Shown here one piece after another: positions 55,487 through 63,823 of a stretch of 64,000 bases of DNA; positions within the stretch are counted from its first letter, which is position 1; every line of letters starts with the position of its first letter. The notes under the pieces are model-generated. The model did no database searches and was not told where the DNA came from. It saw nothing but the letters and a program-made list of their open reading frames with translations. The position numbers were made by a program, and so were the translations under genes. This DNA comes from Candidatus Omnitrophota bacterium (GTDB taxonomy: Bacteria; Omnitrophota; Gorgyraeia; Duberdicusellales; 4484-171), in NCBI GenBank assembly GCA_021735105.1, contig JAIPHS010000001.1, positions 5,484 through 69,483 of the forward strand, in the 5' to 3' direction.

Positions 55487-56409
55487 CAAAGATAAAAGTG
55501 GGAGTTTTGGCTGGGGGGGTCTCTGAAGAAAGAGATATTTCTCTGCTTTCCGGCCGGCAAGTTTTTCAAGCTCTTAAGCGAAGAAACATTAAAGCAGAGT
55601 TGATCGAGATAAAAACTTCAAAAAGCATTCAAATAAAACAAATAATAAAATCAGCTCAAATAGATTTAGCGTTTATTGCTTTGCATGGATTATTTGGAGA
55701 AGATGGCAAAATTCAGTCTATACTGGAAGAAATTCCTATAGCTTATACTGGTTCAGGCCCAGAAGCAAGTTTTTTTTCAATGAATAAAATAGCGGCTAAA
55801 GAAAAATTTAAAAAAGAAGGGGTTCCTACCCCTTTTTTTCGTTTGGCTATTAGCAAAAGCCATAATTATGAAGATATTAATTATCCGGTTGCGGTTAAAC
55901 CTTCTCATTCAGGGTCAAGCTTTGGTATTTCAATAGTCGATACTAGAGAAAAAATAAAGAGGGCTCTAGAGAAGTCTTTGAAATTTAGCGAGTCAGTTAT
56001 TATCGAAGATTTTATTAAAGGCAAAGAGCTAACAGTTGGAGTTTTGGGGAAGAAGCCTCTGGCAGTAGTTGAAATTGTTCCCAAAGGGAAATATTTTGAT
56101 TTTAAAAATAAATATATAAAAGGAAATTCTGTTTTTATTGTACCGGCTAAACTTGATGAAAAGATATATAAACAAGTGCAAGAAGTAGCTTTTGCAGCTC
56201 ATAAAGCTTTAGGGTGCCGTGATTTTTCTCGAGTTGATATAAGATTAGAAGGTAATGTACCGTATGTTTTAGAGGTTAACTCAATACCAGGATTAACAGA
56301 ACGCAGCTTATTGCCGCTTTCTGCTTTTGCTTGCGGAATAAGTTTTGATCAACTAATTTTTAGTTTTTTAAAAGCTGCGTTATTAAGAAAAAATAAAGTT
56401 AAATTATAG
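55477..56409 (+). CDS. ddl: D-alanine-D-alanine ligase
   Basis: GGVSEERDIS, LHGLFGEDG, YTGSG, GSSFG, EVNSIPG. Confidence 0.96.
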   Translation: MELTKIKVGVLAGGVSEERDISLLSGRQVFQALKRRNIKAELIEIKTSKSIQIKQIIKSAQIDLAFIALHGLFGEDGKIQSILEEIPIAYTGSGPEASFFSMNKIAAKEKFKKEGVPTPFFRLAISKSHNYEDINYPVAVKPSHSGSSFGISIVDTREKIKRALEKSLKFSESVIIEDFIKGKELTVGVLGKKPLAVVEIVPKGKYFDFKNKYIKGNSVFIVPAKLDEKIYKQVQEVAFAAHKALGCRDFSRVDIRLEGNVPYVLEVNSIPGLTERSLLPLSAFACGISFDQLIFSFLKAALLRKNKVKL

Positions 56410-56424
56410 GAGAATGAATGTTTT

Positions 56425-57234
56425 ATGGCCAGAAGAAGAAAAAATAAAAAAATAAACATATTTAAAATTTTTACAAATAAATTTTTTATTTGGATTTTTG
56501 CAATTTTTTTAATTATTGGAATTTTTTTATTGGGTGGATATCAAATTTATAGAGCGGATTTTTTTAAGGTTAGTGAAAGAAATTTACAATCAAACCTGGA
56601 TATAAATAGAAATTTTATGAATAAAATAAAAGGGAAGTCAGTTTTTAATATTAATTTAGATAAGTTACATACTTACCTAATACAGCAATATCCGGAATAT
56701 AAAGAGATTAAAATTATAAAAAAATTTCCTAATTTTATCAAAGTTGAAATGAAAGAAAGAAAACCGATTGCTCAAATAAGAGCTAAAAATTTTTATTTAA
56801 TCGATAAAAATGGAGTAATTGTTAGCCGAGGCGAAAATAACCCTTTTGAAAGTTTTCCTGTAATAAATGATTTGTCTTTTGACCAATATTTGGCGAAGGG
56901 AAGAAATATCTACAATGAAAACGTAAGAGCTGCTTTTAGGCTAATAGATATTATTAAAGGCGAAAACTTGCTTGAAGCAATTAATTCTCTTGATACGGAT
57001 TATCAATTTAAGCTAGGAGGTATTAACGTTTCTTCTCCAGAGACAATATATTTCTATTTAAAAAATAAAAAATATTACCAGAGAAGGATTAAAGTTATTT
57101 TAAACCGGCAAGACTTACAAGAAAAAGTAAGCCTTCTCAAGAGGCTTGTAAAGCAAAAATTAAAAGATAAACTATCTTTAATAAGGTATATAGATTTTCG
57201 TTTTCAAAAAGTTGCAGTAGGTTTTAAAAGATAA
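56425..57234 (+). CDS. ftsQ: Cell division protein FtsQ/DivIB
   Basis: Basic N-terminus, TM helix, POTRA-like KKFPN...ERKPIA, C-terminal YIDFRF. Confidence 0.8.
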   Translation: MARRRKNKKINIFKIFTNKFFIWIFAIFLIIGIFLLGGYQIYRADFFKVSERNLQSNLDINRNFMNKIKGKSVFNINLDKLHTYLIQQYPEYKEIKIIKKFPNFIKVEMKERKPIAQIRAKNFYLIDKNGVIVSRGENNPFESFPVINDLSFDQYLAKGRNIYNENVRAAFRLIDIIKGENLLEAINSLDTDYQFKLGGINVSSPETIYFYLKNKKYYQRRIKVILNRQDLQEKVSLLKRLVKQKLKDKLSLIRYIDFRFQKVAVGFKR

Positions 57235-57236
57235 TT

Positions 57237-58385
57237 ATGAAAACTTTTTCTGCATTAGTTTTAAAAAAAGACAAAGCTTTTCTTTCTTTTGCTATTCTTA
57301 AAAAGGGATGCCTAAAGCTTTTGGATGAAAAAGAGCTGCTATTGGCAAGTAATGATGATTTTCTTAAACAGTTAAAAGCTAATGCTAAAAAGATAGAGAA
57401 ATTAATAATTAATTTTGAACAAAAACATTCTTTCTCTGTAGGAAAAATATTTATGGAGTTACCTTCGGACCTGGCCGATGAGGTTGAAGTACAAGAGAAA
57501 GTAGTTTTCCCTAAAAAAAAGAAAATTACTCCATCAACTATTGATTCTGTCAAAAAATATATTGAAGACAAATTTCTTGAATGGAATCAACGCTGTGTAC
57601 ATCATATTGTTTTAGATTATCAAACTGAAGGTATACAAACTAATGATGCACCCTTACAGGTTTTTACTAATAAAATAAAATTCAGGTCTTTACTTATTTA
57701 TGTAAAAGAGGATTTTTATAAAGAAGTTACTGATATCTTTTATAATATGGAAAGAAATTTTGCCGGATTCATAGCACATAAAATAAGTGCTTTTTCGCAG
57801 GGTTTTAATAACTTAGAAGGAAATCAAATTGTAATTGGTGTTAATAATTTTAACAGCTATGCCGGCATAAAAGATGAAAAAGGAAGGCTATTTGAAAAAA
57901 AATTTAGTTTTGGTGTAAAAGAAGTTACCGAAGAGTTGGCCAAGCAATACGTAATAGCACCTTCTGTAGCTGAGCAGCTGTTAAAGAGCTATGGATCTTT
58001 TAAAGAAATTCCTTATTTTAAAGAAATAACTATCAAAAAACAAGATAGTTATCTAAATTTAAGTACTAAAGTTTTGAGCAATTTTTTAAAAAAAGTTTTT
58101 TCAAGTAATATAAAACTAATCATAGAGGAGGTTTTAAAAGTTGTTAAGGAAGGCAAAAGAGATGAAGCCGTTTTTTCTTTTATTGGGCCTTTAACTACAA
58201 AAGATGGTTTTTATGGCTATATTAAAAAATTATTAACCGTCAAAATTGAAGTGCCTGCTTATAAGTGTAGTTCTCCTGCTTTTGGCTGTATAAAGTATGG
58301 TTATTTTAAACCATTAGAAAATGAGCATCTGAAAAAACAATCTTTATTAAGGAAAATAAAAAAAATTTACCATGAATATTTTTAA
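57237..58385 (+). CDS. ftsA: Highly divergent FtsA-like protein
   Basis: Follows ftsQ; 1C-domain-like HHIVLDY...APL, FGVKEVTEELA...AEQLLKSYG, C-terminal amphipathic helix (LLRKIKKIYHEYF); ATP motifs eroded. Confidence 0.65.
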   Translation: MKTFSALVLKKDKAFLSFAILKKGCLKLLDEKELLLASNDDFLKQLKANAKKIEKLIINFEQKHSFSVGKIFMELPSDLADEVEVQEKVVFPKKKKITPSTIDSVKKYIEDKFLEWNQRCVHHIVLDYQTEGIQTNDAPLQVFTNKIKFRSLLIYVKEDFYKEVTDIFYNMERNFAGFIAHKISAFSQGFNNLEGNQIVIGVNNFNSYAGIKDEKGRLFEKKFSFGVKEVTEELAKQYVIAPSVAEQLLKSYGSFKEIPYFKEITIKKQDSYLNLSTKVLSNFLKKVFSSNIKLIIEEVLKVVKEGKRDEAVFSFIGPLTTKDGFYGYIKKLLTVKIEVPAYKCSSPAFGCIKYGYFKPLENEHLKKQSLLRKIKKIYHEYF

Positions 58386-58410
58386 TTTAAATTTATTGTA
58401 AAAGATAAGC

Positions 58411-60312
58411 ATGAATAATGGTATATATCAAGATTTTGTAAAGAAGTTTAAGGTTGCGCTTACAAATTGTTCAATTTATTTTCCTCAACATCCTATTTTT
58501 TTTCAATCAGTAAATAATTTTAAAAAAAGTATCAATTTAGTTGCTCAAGATGAGCTTTTTCTTTTAATTAAAGTAAAACCAAAAGCTCTTATTATTAACG
58601 GGAAAAACCTAGAGGAGGTAAGTTTATATAAAGATTTAGCGACTTTTTTTCATCGGAGAAAAGTAAAGAGCATAAAAATAGAAAAAGAAATTACTGCTGA
58701 AGAACTATCTAAATTTTTAGTAAATATTTCTTCTAGCGAAAAAAATATTTTAGCTAAAGGAGGAATAAAAAAAATATTAAAAGAAAATGAAGTAAAAAAT
58801 ATTGAAATTGATGAGCTTGATTATTCACAATTGATAAAAGGAGAAGGTAAGGGAGTAAAAGATATTTGGAGTTATATTTTAAGGTCTGAAGATACGCAAG
58901 GCAATAATAAAGTTACTGCTGATAAATTTGCTGATAAGTTTAGAAAAATAACAGAGAAATATGGGGTTAAAGAAATTCTCGAAGATAAAAGAATGTTCAA
59001 GCAGCTGCTGGATTTAGTTGAAAAAATTGAAGATAAAGATAATTTTAAAAAAATTATCGAAAGTTTAGTTAGATCTATTTTAGATGATGAGAGTCTGGAT
59101 AAAATAACAAACAAAGAACAATTTAAGAGTTTATTTTTTAAGGTTGATCTGCAAGATTTGGCAAATCTTTTGTCTAAGTTTTTACAATCTGATAAACGCT
59201 TCAATCCGGCATCTTTTAGATTATTTTCTACATTAATATCTCCAGATGCTCATAAAGTGGTTGCAGGCAGTTTAAACAGAGAGATTAAGGCAGGAAAAAG
59301 TAAGTTTGATATAGACAAAATCAGAAATTTGTTTGAATCTCTTGATGATCAAAGTATTGTACCTATTTATCAAAAAAATTTATCTTTGGATAATTTAGAT
59401 AGCGTTAGCAAAAGAGAATTTTCTTTCGATTATAATCATTTGCATCAAAATTATCGTTTACTTCTTCTTGATTTGTTTTTTTATGAAACTAGTGAATTCC
59501 GCCTTGTTTTAATCTTAAAAAAAATATTGCTAGAAATAGAAAGGAATTTTTTGGACAATATAGAGTTTGTTAATAAATTTGCCAAGATATATATTAAAAA
59601 AACAATCGATACAAGATCAAAAGAGCTTAATAGCACAATAAAGAAGGTTTGGTCTCAATCTGAAAAAAATATTTTTAAAACAGATGATTTTAAAAACTTT
59701 ATTTTTTTAACAAAAGTTCTGAAAACAACTACGTTAGATGTTTATTTTTATTTAGATGAAATTGAAGAAAAAAAATTTAATCCTTTAGTTTTAAAACTTT
59801 TTTTTAAATTTTTTCCAAAACAAATAGATAAATTATATAAAAAAATTAAAGACAAAAGAAAAGATTATGATTTTTTAAAAAAAATTATAACGGATTTAAA
59901 GTTAAGCAATCATTTTGCTGCTTTAGATCTTTTAAAGCGTTTGTTTAATTTGGTGCCTATTTTAGTAAAAATTGAGATATTAGACATAATTAAAAATTAT
60001 CCTCAATGTGATCAAAATTTTATATTATCTCTGGTTAATAGCCAAAGCTTTCATATTCGCAAAAAATCTGTTGAGATGGCAGTTAAATTTCCTCAGCTGC
60101 ATAAACAAACAGCCCAAAAGCTTCTTTCTTTATCAAATTATTTTGGATTCAATTCTAAAATTATTTTAGAAAATTTAGAAATAATCAATCAAAATTATAT
60201 TCCTCAAGCTAGGCCTTTTTTAGATAAGTTAACAAGGAGGGGTTTTTTCTGGGATAGGCAAATAAGAAAAAAAGCCAAACAGGTGTTGGAAAATCATCTG
60301 GAAAATAGATAA
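58411..60312 (+). CDS. Hypothetical helical protein with probable C-terminal HEAT-like repeats
   Basis: N-terminal YxxxHP domain also present in the next gene; C-terminal helical repeats (HIRKKSVE, QIRKKAKQVL). Confidence 0.7.
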   Translation: MNNGIYQDFVKKFKVALTNCSIYFPQHPIFFQSVNNFKKSINLVAQDELFLLIKVKPKALIINGKNLEEVSLYKDLATFFHRRKVKSIKIEKEITAEELSKFLVNISSSEKNILAKGGIKKILKENEVKNIEIDELDYSQLIKGEGKGVKDIWSYILRSEDTQGNNKVTADKFADKFRKITEKYGVKEILEDKRMFKQLLDLVEKIEDKDNFKKIIESLVRSILDDESLDKITNKEQFKSLFFKVDLQDLANLLSKFLQSDKRFNPASFRLFSTLISPDAHKVVAGSLNREIKAGKSKFDIDKIRNLFESLDDQSIVPIYQKNLSLDNLDSVSKREFSFDYNHLHQNYRLLLLDLFFYETSEFRLVLILKKILLEIERNFLDNIEFVNKFAKIYIKKTIDTRSKELNSTIKKVWSQSEKNIFKTDDFKNFIFLTKVLKTTTLDVYFYLDEIEEKKFNPLVLKLFFKFFPKQIDKLYKKIKDKRKDYDFLKKIITDLKLSNHFAALDLLKRLFNLVPILVKIEILDIIKNYPQCDQNFILSLVNSQSFHIRKKSVEMAVKFPQLHKQTAQKLLSLSNYFGFNSKIILENLEIINQNYIPQARPFLDKLTRRGFFWDRQIRKKAKQVLENHLENR

Positions 60313-60323
60313 TTATTAAAGAT

Positions 60324-61658
60324 ATGAAAGAAAATATTGAAAAATTTTTAAAAAATTTCTCATCTTGTTTTCAGCTTGCTCAAATGTATGGGGGTCAGCA
60401 TCCGGAATTTAATAAGGCCCTCTTAGAGACATATCAAGAGTTGACGCAAATATTAAAAGATCAAGAAGAACTAACTATAGCAGCCGTGGGCGGAGAATTG
60501 ACAAGTGGAGACAGTATTTTCTTTGATTTAAGTAAAAAGTTAACAACTTTAATTAATAAATTTAAAAGCAAGGGCTTTGAGAAATTAACTTTTAGAAAAA
60601 ATGTTACAAAAGATGAATTAAAGGCTATTTTTTTATTTTTTCTAGCTCAAAAAGATAAAAAAGCTGATATAGAAGAACAACTTAAATTGCAGGGAATAAA
60701 AAGTATTAAAATCGGTAAAATTCAAGAAGCTGATTCTAAAGAAGGTAAAAAAGAGGAGGATCCCAAAAAATCTTTTAGCCAGCTATATACAAAATCTGTG
60801 GCTAATTTATCATCTTCTTTAGGTGATCTTATTGAAAAAGAACTATTAGATTTTACAAAGTTTGGTTCAGTTGTAAATAACCTAATGGAAGGAGTTGACT
60901 ATCATTATCAAGAGATATTAAAGTTATCTAAGTTAAAGGGGAAAGACACTGTTACCTTTGCTCATCTTTTAAATGTTTCTTTTTTATCTATACATTTTGC
61001 TAAATTTTTGGGTCTCAATAACTCTGAGTCTAAAAAAATTGGCCTAGCTTCTCTCTTCCATGATATTGGTAAGATTTATATCTCAAATAGAATACTTAAA
61101 GGGGGAAAACTTAGTGATGAAGAATTCGAAAAAATAAAAAGCCATTCGGTTTTAGGCGCGGCAATTCTTCTTAATTTTGTCGATAAATTGGGGGAATTAG
61201 TGCCGGTAGTTGCTTTTGAGCATCATCTAAAGTTTGGTTCCGGGGGTTATCCTAGACTAAATTTTCCTCGGCGTCTTCACTTTGCTTCAATGTTGATTAC
61301 ACTTTGTGATGTCTATGATGCCTTAAGTCAAAGGCGTAGTTATAAAAATAGTTTTCCTCCAGAGCAAATTTATAAAATTATGAAAGAAGGGAGAGATTCA
61401 CAATTTGATCCTTTGCTTTTTGATAATTTTTTCACATTTTTAGGAGTTTGGCCAAACGGGACAGTTATTTTATTAAGTAATGGTAAGGTTGCTCGGGTTA
61501 AGAGTCAAAATCCTGATAATATTTTTTCTCCTGAGGTTGAAGTAGTTTCTGATACTCCGCATAAGATTATTGATTTAAAACAAGACGGCCTAAACTTAAA
61601 AATTAAAAAATCTCTAAATCCCTACAAGGAAGGCAAGCATTACCTAAGTGCTGATTAG
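60324..61658 (+). CDS. HD-GYP domain protein (c-di-GMP phosphodiesterase-like)
   Basis: FHDIGK, HSVLGA, EHH...GGYP, CDVYDAL, RSYK, FDP. Confidence 0.9.
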   Translation: MKENIEKFLKNFSSCFQLAQMYGGQHPEFNKALLETYQELTQILKDQEELTIAAVGGELTSGDSIFFDLSKKLTTLINKFKSKGFEKLTFRKNVTKDELKAIFLFFLAQKDKKADIEEQLKLQGIKSIKIGKIQEADSKEGKKEEDPKKSFSQLYTKSVANLSSSLGDLIEKELLDFTKFGSVVNNLMEGVDYHYQEILKLSKLKGKDTVTFAHLLNVSFLSIHFAKFLGLNNSESKKIGLASLFHDIGKIYISNRILKGGKLSDEEFEKIKSHSVLGAAILLNFVDKLGELVPVVAFEHHLKFGSGGYPRLNFPRRLHFASMLITLCDVYDALSQRRSYKNSFPPEQIYKIMKEGRDSQFDPLLFDNFFTFLGVWPNGTVILLSNGKVARVKSQNPDNIFSPEVEVVSDTPHKIIDLKQDGLNLKIKKSLNPYKEGKHYLSAD

Positions 61659-61691
61659 GATATCTGATTAAAATATTTTACCCGCCTAATT

Positions 61692-61716
61692 TTTTATGAT
61701 ATAGTTAATCATAAAA
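61692..61716. promoter_or_regulatory. Operator-like inverted repeat overlapping an extended -10
   Basis: ttttatgat, 7 nt spacer, atcataaaa; TGaTATAGT at 61697-61705. Confidence 0.45.
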
Positions 61717-61718
61717 GC

Positions 61719-62843
61719 ATGATTAAACAACCAATAATCCATATTTTTCATATTTCCAACTTTGGCGGCCATAGCCAAGCTGCCTTGAATATTAAAGAAG
61801 CTATTTTAGCTAAAAATAGCAGTGCTGAAATTGTAAATTTAAATAGTTTTCAGTATTTCTATCCTCGCACAGAAAAGGTAATAGATACTATTTATAAACT
61901 AGTAATTAAAAGAATTCCTTCTCTTTGGGGTAAGGCTTATGACCATAAAGCAGTAGCTAAATACTTAAGGCCGTGGCATACAGTTATTAACTATATTTGT
62001 TTTCCTAAATTGCGCAAATATATAAAGGCTAAAAAACCAAATTGTTTTATTACTACTCAAGCTTTTCCTTGCGGAATAATTGCGGATTATAAAAAAAAGC
62101 ATAAGCCAGGCATACCCTTAATTGCTGTAGTTACTGATTTTCATCCGCATCGTTTCTGGATGCATCCTTATGTTGATCAATATATAGTTGCTTCAGGTGA
62201 AGCAAAGACGACATTAATTAAAGAAGGTGTAGCTGAAGATAAAATAGCCGTTTTTGGAATTCCCATATCTATTAAGTTTATGAATAATTCTCTTGATAAA
62301 AGGTTTATGCAAAAATTAGGTTTTTCTTCTCAATTGAAATCAATTTTAGTTATGGGAGGAGGACTGGGTATGGGCCCAATTGAAAAAATTGTAACAAATC
62401 TTGACCATCTAGATCACAACTTTCAAGTAATTGTAGTTTGTGGCAAAAACAGAACTCTTTACCGCAAGTTGCAAAAAATAAAAAATAAAATAAAAAAACC
62501 ATTATTTATTTTTAGCTACATAGAATATATAAACAAAATAATGGATTTTTCTGACATTATTATCACCAAAGCCGGTGGAATTACTGTATCTGAGGCTTTA
62601 GTAAAAAAAATGGCAATAATAATTACAAATCCTATTCCCGGCCAAGAGGAGCTAAATGTCAATTTTTTACTTAAAAGAAATGCAATTATAAAGGCAGACA
62701 CCTTAAAACAGATAAATGAAAGTGTAGCTAATCTAATAGAGAATCCGGATAGATTAAAATTTTTGAAAGAAAATGCTAAAAAAAATTCTCTCGAAGATTC
62801 TTCAGCTAAAATTGCCAATTTAATTTTTAAATTTATTAACTGA
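61719..62843 (+). CDS. Diacylglycerol glycosyltransferase (MGDG synthase / UgtP-like, GT28)
   Basis: FGGHSQAA, VVTDF...W, GIPI, MGGGLG, VCGKN, TKAGGITVSEA, PIPGQEELN. Confidence 0.88.
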   Translation: MIKQPIIHIFHISNFGGHSQAALNIKEAILAKNSSAEIVNLNSFQYFYPRTEKVIDTIYKLVIKRIPSLWGKAYDHKAVAKYLRPWHTVINYICFPKLRKYIKAKKPNCFITTQAFPCGIIADYKKKHKPGIPLIAVVTDFHPHRFWMHPYVDQYIVASGEAKTTLIKEGVAEDKIAVFGIPISIKFMNNSLDKRFMQKLGFSSQLKSILVMGGGLGMGPIEKIVTNLDHLDHNFQVIVVCGKNRTLYRKLQKIKNKIKKPLFIFSYIEYINKIMDFSDIIITKAGGITVSEALVKKMAIIITNPIPGQEELNVNFLLKRNAIIKADTLKQINESVANLIENPDRLKFLKENAKKNSLEDSSAKIANLIFKFIN

Positions 62844-63679
62844 TGTATTATCTTTTTATTCTAGGAAAAATAATTGCTTTAAGCGGGCCGCGAATAATTT
62901 CTTATCAAGTTGCTAAGTTTTTTGCTTTACTTCATTATTATCTTTCTAAAAAAGATAGAAATGCTGTTTTTTATAATTTAAGGCCTTTAGTTCAAAAAGA
63001 GAAAAAAAGAAAAGAAATTGCAAGAAAAGTTTTTATTAATTTTGCCTACTATCTTACTGATTTTTTTTGCTATTCAAGATTAACCAGAAAATTTATTAAA
63101 AAATACGTTAGTTTTCAAGGGCTGGATTCAGTTGATAAAGCGATTAAAGAAAAAAGAGGAGCGATACTGCTCACTGCTCATTTAGGAAACTATGAATTAG
63201 GCGGAGCAGTTATGTCATTGTTGGGTTATCCTTTATCAGTGGTTGCTTTGCCACACCTTGATTTGCGTACTAATAATTTTTTTAACAAACAACGTAGGAG
63301 AGTAGGGGTTGATGTGATTCCTACCGGAGCTGCAATAAAAAGAAGTATAAAAGTTTTAAATCAAGGAAAGCTACTGGCTTTACTTGGAGACAGAGATTTC
63401 TCACATTCTGGCAGAAAACAAAAGTTTTTTTCACGATTTGCAGAAATTCCGCGGGGAGCAGCTTTTTTTGCAAAAAAAACCGGTGCAGTAGTAATTCCTA
63501 CTTTTTTAGTCCGGGAAAAGAAATACAATTACCGGCTTATCTTTGAAAAAGAGATTAAATATAACAGGGAAGATAAAAACGGTGAGGAAGATATACTTAA
63601 GAAATACGTATCTGTATTAAAAAAATATTTAAAAAAATATCCTGACCAGTGGTATTTGTTTCAAAAGTACTGGCAGTAA
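62843..63679 (+). CDS. Lipid acyltransferase (LpxL/PatA family)
   Basis: TAHLGNYE (HX4E), LGDRD, GAAFFA, PDQWYLF. Confidence 0.88.
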   Translation: MYYLFILGKIIALSGPRIISYQVAKFFALLHYYLSKKDRNAVFYNLRPLVQKEKKRKEIARKVFINFAYYLTDFFCYSRLTRKFIKKYVSFQGLDSVDKAIKEKRGAILLTAHLGNYELGGAVMSLLGYPLSVVALPHLDLRTNNFFNKQRRRVGVDVIPTGAAIKRSIKVLNQGKLLALLGDRDFSHSGRKQKFFSRFAEIPRGAAFFAKKTGAVVIPTFLVREKKYNYRLIFEKEIKYNREDKNGEEDILKKYVSVLKKYLKKYPDQWYLFQKYWQ

Positions 63680-63680
63680 A

Positions 63681-63722
63681 TAAGGATAAAGGATAAAGGT
63701 TAAAGGTTAAAGGATAAAGAGT
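63681..63722 (+). repeat. Heptamer array AAAGGWT x5-6
   Basis: taaggat aaaggat aaaggtt aaaggtt aaaggat aaagagt, directly after the stop codon. Confidence 0.85.
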
Positions 63723-63811
63723 TAATCAACGAATTTACTAATCTTTACGAATTTACGAATGTTTACATATTTTTATTCGTATATTCGTAATTGATTCGTA
63801 TGTTCGTAGAT
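63723..63811. repeat. ACGAAT/ATTCGT hairpin element, copy 3
   Basis: taatcaacgaatttactaatctttacgaatttacgaat, 14 nt loop, attcgtatattcgtaattgattcgtatgttcgtagat. Confidence 0.9.
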
Positions 63812-63823
63812 ATTGGTAAAACT

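Noticed and set aside
5900-62818. Short minus-strand and alternate-frame ORFs in the ORF track (60-115 aa)
   Set aside because: All overlap well-supported + strand genes and show no recognisable motifs; treated as shadow ORFs.
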